Source: Burkholderiales bacterium
GTDB lineage: Bacteria > Pseudomonadota > Gammaproteobacteria > Burkholderiales > JAEUOS01
NCBI GenBank assembly: GCA_031430015.1
Contig: JANPAR010000221.1
Coordinates: forward strand, 3,201 to 67,200
Length of the DNA stretch: 64,000 nt
Reading direction: 5' to 3'
Part shown: positions 9,154 to 18,101 of the stretch, piece after piece
Position numbering within the stretch: position 1 is the first letter of the stretch
How the letters are laid out: every line of letters starts with the position of its first letter
Translations under genes and position numbers: made by a program
The notes under the pieces: model-generated
What the model saw: only the letters and a program-made list of their open reading frames with translations
Database searches by the model: none
Told to the model about the DNA's origin: nothing

Positions 9154-10341
9154 CTATTTGAGGTTGCGCGCCAGCCAGGGCACGACTACTTCGGCAAAGA
9201 TGCGCGTGTCCGGCCAGCCTGGGCCGCGCCCGATGTGCCCGCCACCGGGATTGACCCACGCTTCCTTGACCGAGCCGCTGCGCATCATCACGTAGAGATC
9301 GTCGATCGGCACCTGCGAATCCTTCTCGCCATTGACCAGCAGCATCGGTGCCGAGGGCTTGTCGAGCAAACCGACTGCCTTCAAGGACATGCGCGGCCCA
9401 TATGCGAGAAACTGCTCCAGGTCAGTCGCACCATACACACCGGCGCGCGCGGCGAAAAGATCGAACAGGTACTCGCGCGTCCCAAGGGCCTTGGTCTGCC
9501 ATTCGCGGCTGAAATAGGCATCCACGGGCCCGGCCCAGTTCACCGATGCGCGCAGCCGGTCCTTCTCGACGATGCCGACGCGCGCGGCCCAGTGCCCGCC
9601 CCACGACACCCCCATCATGCCAATGCGCTTGGGGTCAACATCCTTGCGGCTGTTCAGATAGTCGAGCACGCCCGCAAAAATGCGCTCGGCACCAACGTCA
9701 ATGCGGATCGGCGATTCTCCCGTGCCGGGCATGTCGAGCGCCATGTAGCCCAGACCCGCTGCAATATAGCCGGGCCCATACTGTTCGACCACATATTCCT
9801 TGTAGCTGTCGAGCCCGCCGACACTCATGACCACCGGCACTGGCCCGGCAGCCTTGGGCAACTGCAGGTAGCCGACGATCTCCTTGCCCTCGAACGGGAT
9901 GCGCACCACCTCAATGGCCGGGCTCGCAAAGCGCGCAAAACCGCGAAAGGCTTCGGCACCGAGGCGATAGGCGTCGCGCTTGCCTGCAGAATTCTGCGTC
10001 GGCCACGCGCCAAAGCTGAAGTAACGCCACGCGTCCAGATAGGTCTCGCGCGCCTTGGCAGGATCGCTCTCGGCAGCGCGTGCCGCCGCCATGTGGCGAT
10101 TGCCTTGCGTGATCCACGAGCGCGCCCATTCGTCGCGGTCGAGCGATGCGATGCGCGACAGCACTTCGCGCACCTCTTCCTTGTTGTAGCCGGTCAGCGG
10201 ATAGGCATTGCGATTGACGCGGTCCTGCACCGCCTCCTTGAGTTCAGGCCAGGTGCGCGACGGGGCGATTTGTGCTTGCGCCGGCATCGCCAGCGCCAGC
10301 AGGAGCGGCGCGATGCAACGATTGAGCAGATTTAACTTCAT
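9154..10341 (-). CDS. exported alpha/beta hydrolase (FrsA/DUF1100-like esterase)
   Basis: Signal MKLNLLNRCIAPLLLALAMPAQA. GVSWGG nucleophile elbow. GGAGA SD precedes the ATG at 10341. Confidence 0.8.
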   Translation of the reverse strand: MKLNLLNRCIAPLLLALAMPAQAQIAPSRTWPELKEAVQDRVNRNAYPLTGYNKEEVREVLSRIASLDRDEWARSWITQGNRHMAAARAAESDPAKARETYLDAWRYFSFGAWPTQNSAGKRDAYRLGAEAFRGFARFASPAIEVVRIPFEGKEIVGYLQLPKAAGPVPVVMSVGGLDSYKEYVVEQYGPGYIAAGLGYMALDMPGTGESPIRIDVGAERIFAGVLDYLNSRKDVDPKRIGMMGVSWGGHWAARVGIVEKDRLRASVNWAGPVDAYFSREWQTKALGTREYLFDLFAARAGVYGATDLEQFLAYGPRMSLKAVGLLDKPSAPMLLVNGEKDSQVPIDDLYVMMRSGSVKEAWVNPGGGHIGRGPGWPDTRIFAEVVVPWLARNLK

Positions 10342-10536
10342 GATGTCTCCTGTCAGGGGCCGGGCGCGCCAGTGCAGCGAGGTTGGCGGGTATCACGCAG
10401 CGCAAGCGTGATTCTAAGCCGCGCCGACACCTGCGCCACTGCGGCGCAATGCCATAATGCCGCTGCCCGATCGGGGGCGGCCGCTGCCGATACAGGTAGC
10501 GGTACAAGAAGGTCACTCGACCAAAGGAGACTGAAC

Positions 10537-11664
10537 ATGGCTACTCGCAGGGACTTCATCCGCGGCACAATTGCTTCGGGCATCACGTTTTGCACCTGTC
10601 CGCTGATTGAGGGCGCACATGCGCAAAGTTCGCACAAGCATCCCAAGCTCGGCACCAAGCACAAACCGGTCATGTTCAACGGCAAGCGCGTCAAGACCAT
10701 TGACGTGCATGCGCACTGCTATTTTCAGGACGTGGTTGATCTGATGGGGGCCGACGCCAAGGCGGTGATGCCGCCGGTCAAAGGCGTGCCCGAGCATTTC
10801 ATTCCTGCCAGTGACAAGGCTGCGGTCGAGGGCAGGCTCGCGGCGATGGATGCAATGGGGCTCGACATGCAGATTCTGTCGGTCAATCCCTTCTGGTATG
10901 GCAAGGATCGCGACACCGCTGCCGCCATTGTCAAACTCAACAACGAGCGTCTTGCCGAAGTGAGCGCGGCCTACCCCAAGCGGCTTGGCGCCTTCGCGTC
11001 ACTCGCGCTGCAGTTCCCCGACCTCGCGGTGCAGCAGCTTGAAGAGGCAGTGAAGAAACAGGGCCTGCGCGGCGCGGCGATTGGCGGCAGTGTGCGCGGC
11101 GAAGATTTTTTCAACGAACGGTTTCATCCGGTATGGGCCAAGGCCGAAGAACTCGGCGCGGTGCTGTTCATCCACCCGCAGAGCACGCCGCAATTGGCGC
11201 CGCGCTTCAAGGGCAATGGCTGGCTCTCGAACACTATCGGCAATCCGCTCGACACCACCATCGCCTTGCAAAAGCTGATCTTCGAAGGCACCCTCGACAA
11301 ATTCCCCGGCCTCAAGATCGTCGCGGCACATGGCGGCGGCTATCTCGGTTCCTACGCGCCGCGCTCGGATCACGCCTGCTTTGTCTCACCGCAAAATTGC
11401 AACCCGGCGATTGTGTTGAAGAAAAAGCCGACCGAGTATCTGAACCAGATTTTCTTCGACGCCCTCGTGTTCACGCCCGAGGCCCTGCGCCATCTGGTCG
11501 CGCAAGTGGGTGCGGGGCAAGTGGTGATCGGCACCGATCATCCGATCCCGTGGGAAGAAAATCCGGTCGACCACGTGATGGCAACGGTGACGCTGACCAT
11601 GGAGCAGCGTGCCGGCATTCTTGGCGGCAACGCGGCGCGTCTGTTCAATATCAAGGAAATCTGA
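10537..11664 (+). CDS. amidohydrolase-family (ACMSD-like) metal-dependent hydrolase/decarboxylase with twin-arginine signal
   Basis: ATG at 10537 after AAGGAGA. Tat motif MATRRDFIRG...GAHA. IDVHAHCYF (HxH) metal motif. Confidence 0.85.
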   Translation: MATRRDFIRGTIASGITFCTCPLIEGAHAQSSHKHPKLGTKHKPVMFNGKRVKTIDVHAHCYFQDVVDLMGADAKAVMPPVKGVPEHFIPASDKAAVEGRLAAMDAMGLDMQILSVNPFWYGKDRDTAAAIVKLNNERLAEVSAAYPKRLGAFASLALQFPDLAVQQLEEAVKKQGLRGAAIGGSVRGEDFFNERFHPVWAKAEELGAVLFIHPQSTPQLAPRFKGNGWLSNTIGNPLDTTIALQKLIFEGTLDKFPGLKIVAAHGGGYLGSYAPRSDHACFVSPQNCNPAIVLKKKPTEYLNQIFFDALVFTPEALRHLVAQVGAGQVVIGTDHPIPWEENPVDHVMATVTLTMEQRAGILGGNAARLFNIKEI

Positions 11665-11709
11665 GGGCTCGCGGCGCTACTGCGCGCGCGGCAATCCGGA
11701 CGCCGCTGC

Positions 11710-13017
11710 TCAGAAAAAACGCGTATTGGGCGTGAGTCCGAGGTAGTGCTGGCCCGCCGTCTGCAAGTGCATCGAGTGCGACTGCAATTGCTGGGTTACC
11801 GCGCGGATGTCACGCAGGCGCTGCTCGAACGGATTGGCTTCGAATATCGCCGTCGCACCGCAATCGTCATATGCATCATCGGCCACCTTGCGTGCTTCAC
11901 TGACTGCGTAGGTGGACGCTAGCCGCAACGCCACACGCGTGTCGAACGAGTGCACACCCGTGCGCGACACTTCCTCCCACGAGGTGCGCAGAATCTGCAG
12001 CAGCCATGCGCGCATCGACGCCAGACGCGCTTCGGAAGTCGCGACGCGTGCCTGGATCACGCTGTTGTCGCGCAGCAGCGCACCGGCGCTGGCCGGGGTT
12101 TTCTTGCTCGCCAATGCGATGAAGTCATTGAGCATCGCGCGCGCAATGCCAAGCGCGACCGCAGAGAAACCAGCCTGATACGCGACCGAAGGCGAGACGC
12201 GGTACAGCGGCCCGCTTTCACGGCGTTCGGTCTCTTCTTCCGGCACCGCACCGGGCGGCAATTGCTGATCGCGCCCCATGCCGCGCGGCACGATGCAAAA
12301 GGCGGCGGGAACGAACATGTCCTTGACGGTGTAAGTGTCGCTGCCGGTGCCGCGCAAGCCGATCACGTTCCAGCCCGCATCGGTGATGGTGACGTTGCCG
12401 CGCGGAATCAGCGCCGTGCGCTCGACGGGCGAGCCGTCCGGCTTTTTGAGCGGCACGCCCTGCGCATCGCACACATTGCAATGCGCGCCGACCCAAGTCG
12501 CGTGTCGGCTGCCGCTGCCAAAACCCCAGGTGCCGGTCACGCGCCAGCCGCCCTCAACCGGACGCGCATGACAGGGCGCAGCGGGGAATCCCCAGGCAGT
12601 CACCGCACGCGCATCGCCGAACACGGCACGCGCCGCGTCCGGCTCCATGTAGGCGGCGGAGAACGCACACCCATTGCTCTGCGCCACGCTCCACGCTGCA
12701 CTCGCGTCACCTTCGGCGATGGCGAGGATCACTTCGAAAAAGGTAGGCAGATCAAGTTCCGCACCACCCGCATCACCACCAATGGATTGCGGCAAAAACA
12801 TGCGGAACATTTTGGCCTCGTGCAGCGCGTCGAGTACCTCGGGCGGCAATGCCTTGTTGGCGTCGATGCGCGGGCCGGCGGCGGCGAGCAGGGGCGTGAG
12901 CGCGCGCGCCCTCGTGATCCAGTCAGGGCTGTTGGACGTGATGTGTGCGGCGGCGGGGAGGTCTTTGGGATTCACGGGAAGGATGTCGAAGCGGTAGCAC
13001 GCCAAGCGAGGGAGCAA
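11710..13017 (-). CDS. acyl-CoA dehydrogenase-fold flavoprotein (type-2 ACAD / flavin monooxygenase-like)
   Basis: ACAD-like N, middle and C regions (LPPEVLDALHEAKMFRMFLPQSIGG..., ...FEQRLRDIRAVTQ). Start is uncertain: TTG at 13017 or GTG at 12975. Confidence 0.75.
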   Translation of the reverse strand: MLPRLACYRFDILPVNPKDLPAAAHITSNSPDWITRARALTPLLAAAGPRIDANKALPPEVLDALHEAKMFRMFLPQSIGGDAGGAELDLPTFFEVILAIAEGDASAAWSVAQSNGCAFSAAYMEPDAARAVFGDARAVTAWGFPAAPCHARPVEGGWRVTGTWGFGSGSRHATWVGAHCNVCDAQGVPLKKPDGSPVERTALIPRGNVTITDAGWNVIGLRGTGSDTYTVKDMFVPAAFCIVPRGMGRDQQLPPGAVPEEETERRESGPLYRVSPSVAYQAGFSAVALGIARAMLNDFIALASKKTPASAGALLRDNSVIQARVATSEARLASMRAWLLQILRTSWEEVSRTGVHSFDTRVALRLASTYAVSEARKVADDAYDDCGATAIFEANPFEQRLRDIRAVTQQLQSHSMHLQTAGQHYLGLTPNTRFF

Positions 13018-13145
13018 TGGTAAGACATTCTACAAGGCACGGCGCACCGCGATCCGCAGTGCGGGGATTCGCGGCTATGATGCGGCGCGGCGCTTTCAAA
13101 CCGATGTGGATGAAACACCATCAAGTTCTTTTCGAGGACCCATTC

Positions 13146-13706
13146 ATGAGTAATGCAACATCCGCCGTCACACTTCCGCCTGTGCGCCGCCTCGTCACCG
13201 AAGATGACGCCAACGGCCGCTCACGCATTATTGAAGACGCACCGGCCACGGCGATTCGCACCGTCGAAGGCCGGCCCAACTATCGCGCCGTCAACATCTG
13301 GCGCACCGAGGCCGCGCCCGCTCTCGTCAACGCGCCCGATTCGATCCACGACCACAAAGGCATCCTGCCGCCCGGCAACGGCGGCTCGATCCTGCGCATC
13401 ATCGACTACCCGCCGGAGAGCCGCGACATCGCCGAGCGCAATCGTCAGATCGCCGCAACGTTCTCGAGCATCTTTGTCGATGCCGATCACGACAAGCGCG
13501 AAGGCGCGCACCCTGGCATGCATCGCACCGATACGGTGGACTACGCGATCCTTCTCGAAGGCGAAATCTGGGCGGTGATGGACGACAACGAAACCCTGAT
13601 GCGCGCCGGTGATGTGCTGATCCAGCGCGGCACTAATCACGCGTGGGCGAACCGCTCGGACAAAACGGCGCGGATTTGTTTTGTGTTGGTGGATGGCAAG
13701 CGCTGA
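13146..13706 (+). CDS. cupin-domain protein
   Basis: Trimmed to the ATG at 13146. GMHRTDTVDYAILLEGEIWAVMDD...GDVLIQRGTNHAW is a cupin two-motif pattern. Confidence 0.75.
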   Translation: MSNATSAVTLPPVRRLVTEDDANGRSRIIEDAPATAIRTVEGRPNYRAVNIWRTEAAPALVNAPDSIHDHKGILPPGNGGSILRIIDYPPESRDIAERNRQIAATFSSIFVDADHDKREGAHPGMHRTDTVDYAILLEGEIWAVMDDNETLMRAGDVLIQRGTNHAWANRSDKTARICFVLVDGKR

Positions 13707-13715
13707 CTCGATCGA

Positions 13716-15113
13716 TCAGTTGCGACGCGCCAGCGCGAGCAGCGCCTCCTGCACCGCCAAGTCAATCTCGATTCCTTCGACCATGCGCCGCGCCCGCTCG
13801 CGAAATGCGCGTTCCGACGGCACGCGAATCTCCGCCACACCGGGCAGACGCGGCACCGCGCGCACCCGTGCGATCATCGCCGACAACTCTCGTTTGAATT
13901 CGGCGAGCGGCAACAATAAATCAGGGCGCATTACCACCAGCAGATAGCCGTAGTCACGCGCAGCACTCAAACCCGAACCAGCCAGCACGGCGAGGGCCTG
14001 CATCGCGAGTGCCAGCGCGAAGCCTTTGTGCGCAGCCGCCGGCCCGCCGAAGGGCAAGAGTGCGCCGCCGCGCGCCGCCTGCGCATCGGTGGTCGGCGCA
14101 CCCGTGCCATCGAGCGCCACGCCTTCGGGCAGGGGCAGGCCGAGCAGCGCGTGAAGCCCAAGCTCGGTGCCGGGAAAGGCCGAGGTGCCGACATCGATCA
14201 CCAGCGGTTCACCCTCGGTGGGAAAACCGAAGGCAATCGGATTGGTGCCCAATGCCGGACGCGTGCCGCCGGGCGGCGCGACCAGGCTCGCCGCGCCCAC
14301 CGTGTGCAGCGCGATCAAATCGGCGCGCGCGATGCGCTCGGCGTAGTAGGCGCTGCGCCCGCTCATCCAGCTGTTATTGACGCCGACAAGTGCGAAGCCG
14401 TGCTCGCGCGCCTTGGCGATGGCGGCATCGGTCGCGTGATGCATGGTCAGCATGCCCTGGCGGTTGCCGCCGTCGAACAGGGTGGAGACCGGAGTCTCGT
14501 GCAACACGCGCATCGGCGTGACTGGTTGCTTCTGTTTCGGGCTGTTGATTACCTGCAGGATTTTCGGCAGGCCCGAGTATTCGTAGCCGCACAGTGCCGC
14601 ATCGAGCATGTGGTCGGCGAGGACCGAGGCGTCGTCCGCGTCGTAGCCTGCACCGCGCAGGGCGGCAACTGACAGACTGCGCGCTTCGTCAACAGACAAT
14701 TTCAGACGCTGCGCCGAGCGCAGATCGGGCGGTGGCACCTGCACGCTGCCGTCAAGCGGCCTGCGCCCCCGTTGTTCGAGTTGGCGCGCAATGGTGTCGT
14801 CCACGACGATGGGCAGCGTCAGGATCAGCGCGCCATACGACTTGCCGTGCGGGTCGAGCGAGAGTGAGCGCGTGACGCCGCCGCCGAGAGAATTTTCCAG
14901 CACAAAGTTGAGTGCATCGACGTTCGGCATTTCGTAGCGCGTGATTACGCCGCGCACCAGCTCGCCGAAATGCGCACGCACTCGTTCGACAGTCACCTGC
15001 CCGACCAGCAGCGAGTAATACTCGGGGCGATAGGCAATCACGCCGATGTTGCTGGCGTCACCTTTGTCGCCGGCGCGCGCGTGGGCGATTTCACGCAGGT
15101 AAAAGGTTTTCAT
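13716..15113 (-). CDS. fusion protein: AtuA C-terminal-like (ferredoxin-fold/DUF4387-like) domain + Ldh2-family (malate/L-lactate dehydrogenase type 2) oxidoreductase
   Basis: The N-terminal ~105 aa (LREIAHARAGDKGDASNIGVIAY...NFVLENSLGGGVTRSLSLDPHGKSYG) resembles the AtuA C-terminal module. The remaining ~350 aa is Ldh2-like (DAALCGYEYSGLPKILQ..., GTNPIAFGFP, AAHKGFALA). Confidence 0.8.
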   Translation of the reverse strand: MKTFYLREIAHARAGDKGDASNIGVIAYRPEYYSLLVGQVTVERVRAHFGELVRGVITRYEMPNVDALNFVLENSLGGGVTRSLSLDPHGKSYGALILTLPIVVDDTIARQLEQRGRRPLDGSVQVPPPDLRSAQRLKLSVDEARSLSVAALRGAGYDADDASVLADHMLDAALCGYEYSGLPKILQVINSPKQKQPVTPMRVLHETPVSTLFDGGNRQGMLTMHHATDAAIAKAREHGFALVGVNNSWMSGRSAYYAERIARADLIALHTVGAASLVAPPGGTRPALGTNPIAFGFPTEGEPLVIDVGTSAFPGTELGLHALLGLPLPEGVALDGTGAPTTDAQAARGGALLPFGGPAAAHKGFALALAMQALAVLAGSGLSAARDYGYLLVVMRPDLLLPLAEFKRELSAMIARVRAVPRLPGVAEIRVPSERAFRERARRMVEGIEIDLAVQEALLALARRN

Positions 15114-15131
15114 ATGCTTGTCGCCGGGATC

Positions 15132-16496
15132 CTAACCACCGGCCTCCTCAAACACGATGCGCGGCGTGACGGCGTCACGCGGAATCAGTACCGAGTAGAT
15201 CGCCAGCACTTCGCGCACTGTGGTACGCGGCAGCGACGACATCGCCGGGCCTTTGCCGACCAGGGTTTCGACTTCACCGGCGAGTTTGGCGGCATCGCGT
15301 TTTTGTTTGGCGCGGCCGGCAAAGCGCAGGCGCACTTCGTAAGGCTCATGCGCCGCCGGCAGCGAGGCCGCGCCGTGCAGGGAGTTCACGCCGATGTAAT
15401 CGACACGCAGTTCTTCAAGCTGCACGCCGCCGATGCGCAGACGTTCGCGCACCACTTGTTCAGCCAGACGCGCGCGGTTGATGCAACCAAGGCCCGCGTA
15501 GGTGATTTCGGCTTCGCCGATCCAGCCTTCCTTGATGCCCACTGATACCTTCAGTTGCGCGGGCCGCGCCCGCCCGCGTCCACCGCTGATGCGCACCTGA
15601 TCAACACCCACTTCGTCGAGCCGTACACCGGTGAAATCGACCACCACATCGGGCGTGATGTAGGTGGCTGGATCGTGAATTTCGTAGAGCATCTGCTCGG
15701 TGCAAATGGCGCGGTTGATTACACCGCCGGTGCCGGCCACCTTGCCAACGATGCAACCGCCATCGGGCGACATGTCGAGAAACGGGTAGCCCAGATTGCC
15801 GAGGTCGGGTACATCCTTGTAACCGGGGTCAGCAAAAAAACCGCCCGACACATTTGCGCCGCACTCGACCATGTCGGCACACACCTGGCCCTGGCCGAGC
15901 AGATTCCAGTCGTCCTGTGCCCAGCCGAATTCATGGATCATCGGCGCGAGGAACAGCGAGCAATCGGCGACGCGCCCGGTGAGCACGATGTCTGCTCCCT
16001 GACGCAGTGCTTCGACGATGTTGTCGGCACCGAGATAGGCATTGGCACAGGTGATCTCGCCAGAGAGTGTGGCAAGTGGCAACCCGGTCTCCAGAATCGG
16101 CAGCGTAGCGGCGTGCGCGCGGCAGTAGTCGAGCACGTCGTCGCCGAGCACCGCCGCGATCTTCATCGGCCCGAGTTGGAGGTTGCGCACTAGCTCTGTG
16201 GTTTTGGCCAGTGCGCCCAGTGGATTGGCCGCGCCCATGCTGGTGACGATGCGCGTGCCGTGTCGCACGCAATGCGGCAGCACCGCGCGCAGACGCGCTT
16301 CAAGCAGTTCGTTGTAACCCTTGGACGGGTCGAGCAGACGTTGTGCATTCGCGAGTGCAATGGTGCGCTCGGCGAGGGTTTCGAAGACGAGGTAATCAAG
16401 CGCACCATGTTCGGCCAGCAGTGCGGCAGGTTCGATGCGGTCGCCGGCATAGCTTGCGCCCGCACCGATGCGCAGGCGCGTAGTGCAGCCTGCCAC
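15132..16496 (-). CDS. acyclic terpene utilisation AtuA-family protein, N-terminal DUF1446 part only
   Basis: DUF1446-like sequence: RIGAGASYAGDRIEPAALLAEHGALDYLVFETLAERTIA... Probable GTG start at 16496, 2 nt after the upstream stop. The alternative ATG at 16541 would overlap the Bug gene by 43 nt. Confidence 0.8.
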   Translation of the reverse strand: MAGCTTRLRIGAGASYAGDRIEPAALLAEHGALDYLVFETLAERTIALANAQRLLDPSKGYNELLEARLRAVLPHCVRHGTRIVTSMGAANPLGALAKTTELVRNLQLGPMKIAAVLGDDVLDYCRAHAATLPILETGLPLATLSGEITCANAYLGADNIVEALRQGADIVLTGRVADCSLFLAPMIHEFGWAQDDWNLLGQGQVCADMVECGANVSGGFFADPGYKDVPDLGNLGYPFLDMSPDGGCIVGKVAGTGGVINRAICTEQMLYEIHDPATYITPDVVVDFTGVRLDEVGVDQVRISGGRGRARPAQLKVSVGIKEGWIGEAEITYAGLGCINRARLAEQVVRERLRIGGVQLEELRVDYIGVNSLHGAASLPAAHEPYEVRLRFAGRAKQKRDAAKLAGEVETLVGKGPAMSSLPRTTVREVLAIYSVLIPRDAVTPRIVFEEAGG

Positions 16497-16498
16497 GC

Positions 16499-17476
16499 TT
16501 ATTCGCCCTTGATGTTTCGAAGCTTGATCACGCGCGCCCATTTCTCGGCGTCCTGCTTTTGCAGCGCGGCGAGCGCGGACGGCGTGCCGGGTGCGGGTAC
16601 CACGCCCGAGGCCATCATCCTTGACTTGACGCCCTCGCTCTCCAGTGTGCGGCGCATCGCGGCATTAACGCGCTCGACTTCGGCCGCTGGCGTGCCCTTC
16701 GATGCGTAGATCGCATACCAGTTGTTCGAATCCACGCCGGGGATGCCCATCTCATCGAGCGTGCGCACCTCGGGCAGCAGCGGATGACGCTTGGGTGCGG
16801 CGAGGCCGAGTGCCTTGAGCTTGCCGCCCTTGATGTTGGCGAGCGCCGGCGGCACGTCGATGAACAGGCCGTCGATGTGGCCCGCGATCGCATCGATGAT
16901 CGCCGGGCCGACACCTTTGTAAGGCACGTGACGCAGTTGTGTCTTGCTCACATCGGCGAGCAACTCCATCGCCAGATGCGGCATGCTGCCGATGCCTGAC
17001 GAGCCCATCGTCGCGCCGCCCGCCTTCAGCTTCGCGGCAGCGATGAACTCGGGCACTGTGTTGGCGGGGTTGTTGATGCTGGTCACCAGCACTTCGTCGG
17101 TATTGCACACCAATGTCACCGGCGTGAGGTCGCGCACCGGGTCATACGCGAGCTTCTCGTAGAGCGACGGGCTGATCGACACCGGGCCGGTGGTGGTGAG
17201 GAACAGCGTCTGCCCGTCCGGTGCGGCCTTGGCGACGAAGTCGGCGGCGATGCCGGCATTGGCGCCGGTCTTGTTCTCGACAATCACCTGCTGTCCCAAC
17301 TCTCGGCCCAATTGATCGGCCATCAGGCGCGCCACAAAATCAATCGGGCCGCCAGGGGGAAAGCCGACGATCAGGCGCGTGGTCCTGGTGGTTTGCGCGC
17401 GCAACGCGCCGCTGGCGAGCGCGCAGGCGGCTCCCGCTCCCTGCAACAAGGTACGGCGATTCCGGTTGATGCGCAT
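16499..17476 (-). CDS. Bug-family (TctC-like) substrate-binding protein with Tat-like signal
   Basis: ATG at 17476 after AAGGAGA. MRINRNRRTLLQGAGAACALASGALRA, then RLIVGFPPGGPIDFVARLMADQL...APDGQTLF...HVPYKGVGPA. Confidence 0.9.
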   Translation of the reverse strand: MRINRNRRTLLQGAGAACALASGALRAQTTRTTRLIVGFPPGGPIDFVARLMADQLGRELGQQVIVENKTGANAGIAADFVAKAAPDGQTLFLTTTGPVSISPSLYEKLAYDPVRDLTPVTLVCNTDEVLVTSINNPANTVPEFIAAAKLKAGGATMGSSGIGSMPHLAMELLADVSKTQLRHVPYKGVGPAIIDAIAGHIDGLFIDVPPALANIKGGKLKALGLAAPKRHPLLPEVRTLDEMGIPGVDSNNWYAIYASKGTPAAEVERVNAAMRRTLESEGVKSRMMASGVVPAPGTPSALAALQKQDAEKWARVIKLRNIKGE

Positions 17477-17576
17477 GATCCAGTCTCCTTGATCCGTGGC
17501 GGGTCCACGGGGGTGTGCGCCCGGCGCTCTGCCGACAGGGCAGTGGGCTTCAATTTCATTATATCGACAAGCTGAC

Positions 17577-17666
17577 AACCGCACCCACCAAGGGTTGCAT
17601 TCAAACATTCATCGGAGAGTGGCTCCCACCAACGGTTTTATCTTGGTTGCCACCATTGGTTCGTTG
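17577..17666 (+). repeat. three tandemly spaced copies of the dispersed repeat
   Basis: ACCGCACCCACCAAGGGTTGCA, GAGAGTGGCTCCCACCAACGGTTTTA and GGTTGCCACCATTGGTTCGTTG. Confidence 0.6.
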
Positions 17667-17691
17667 CAGGCGCGCCGCGCCGGCGCACGCT

Positions 17692-18043
17692 CTACTCGCT
17701 GCGCACGCCTTTCACGTCGAGGGCGTGGCCGATGGAAGAGGCGATGGCGGCTTGGCAGGCATCAAACAGTTCGCTCACCATGTACGGCCCGCTGCCAAGG
17801 CCAAACGATGCACAGGACAGCTTGCGAGGGTTGGCCTTGGCAAAAGCGGCTACGACGGCCATGGTCTTGAAGCGGCTGTTTGCAGGCACGACCATGGCGT
17901 AGGGGAGGGACACAATCTGCCAGACGACCGCAAAGTAATCGATCGGATCAAAGGGAAATTTTTTCTAGAGGTTTGGCGAAAAGGTGTGTACCGTCGCAGA
18001 CATCGCCAGCAGCGTATAGCCGTCGGGCGCGGCTTGCGCTGGC
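17692..18043 (-). pseudogene. Bug/TctC-family gene relic (internal fragment with in-frame TAG)
   Basis: The minus-strand frame reads PAQAAPDGYTLLAMSATVHTFSPNL*KKFPFDPIDYFAVVWQIVSLPYAMVVPANSRFKTMAVVAAFAKANPRKLSCASFGLGSGPYMVSELF...DVKG. This aligns with the middle third of the intact Bug genes. There is a TAG at 17965-17967, and both N- and C-termini are missing. Confidence 0.7.
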
Positions 18044-18101
18044 AACGGTACGCCTCGCTATACTTCTTCCGTCAAGCATTCCATCCAGCCCGAGGCCCTC
18101 C

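Noticed and set aside
8998-10335. 445-aa plus-strand ORF opposite the FrsA-like esterase (similarly 11950-13023 opposite the ACAD-like gene)
   Set aside because: It is an antisense GC artefact. The minus-strand products have signal peptides, catalytic motifs and SD sequences.
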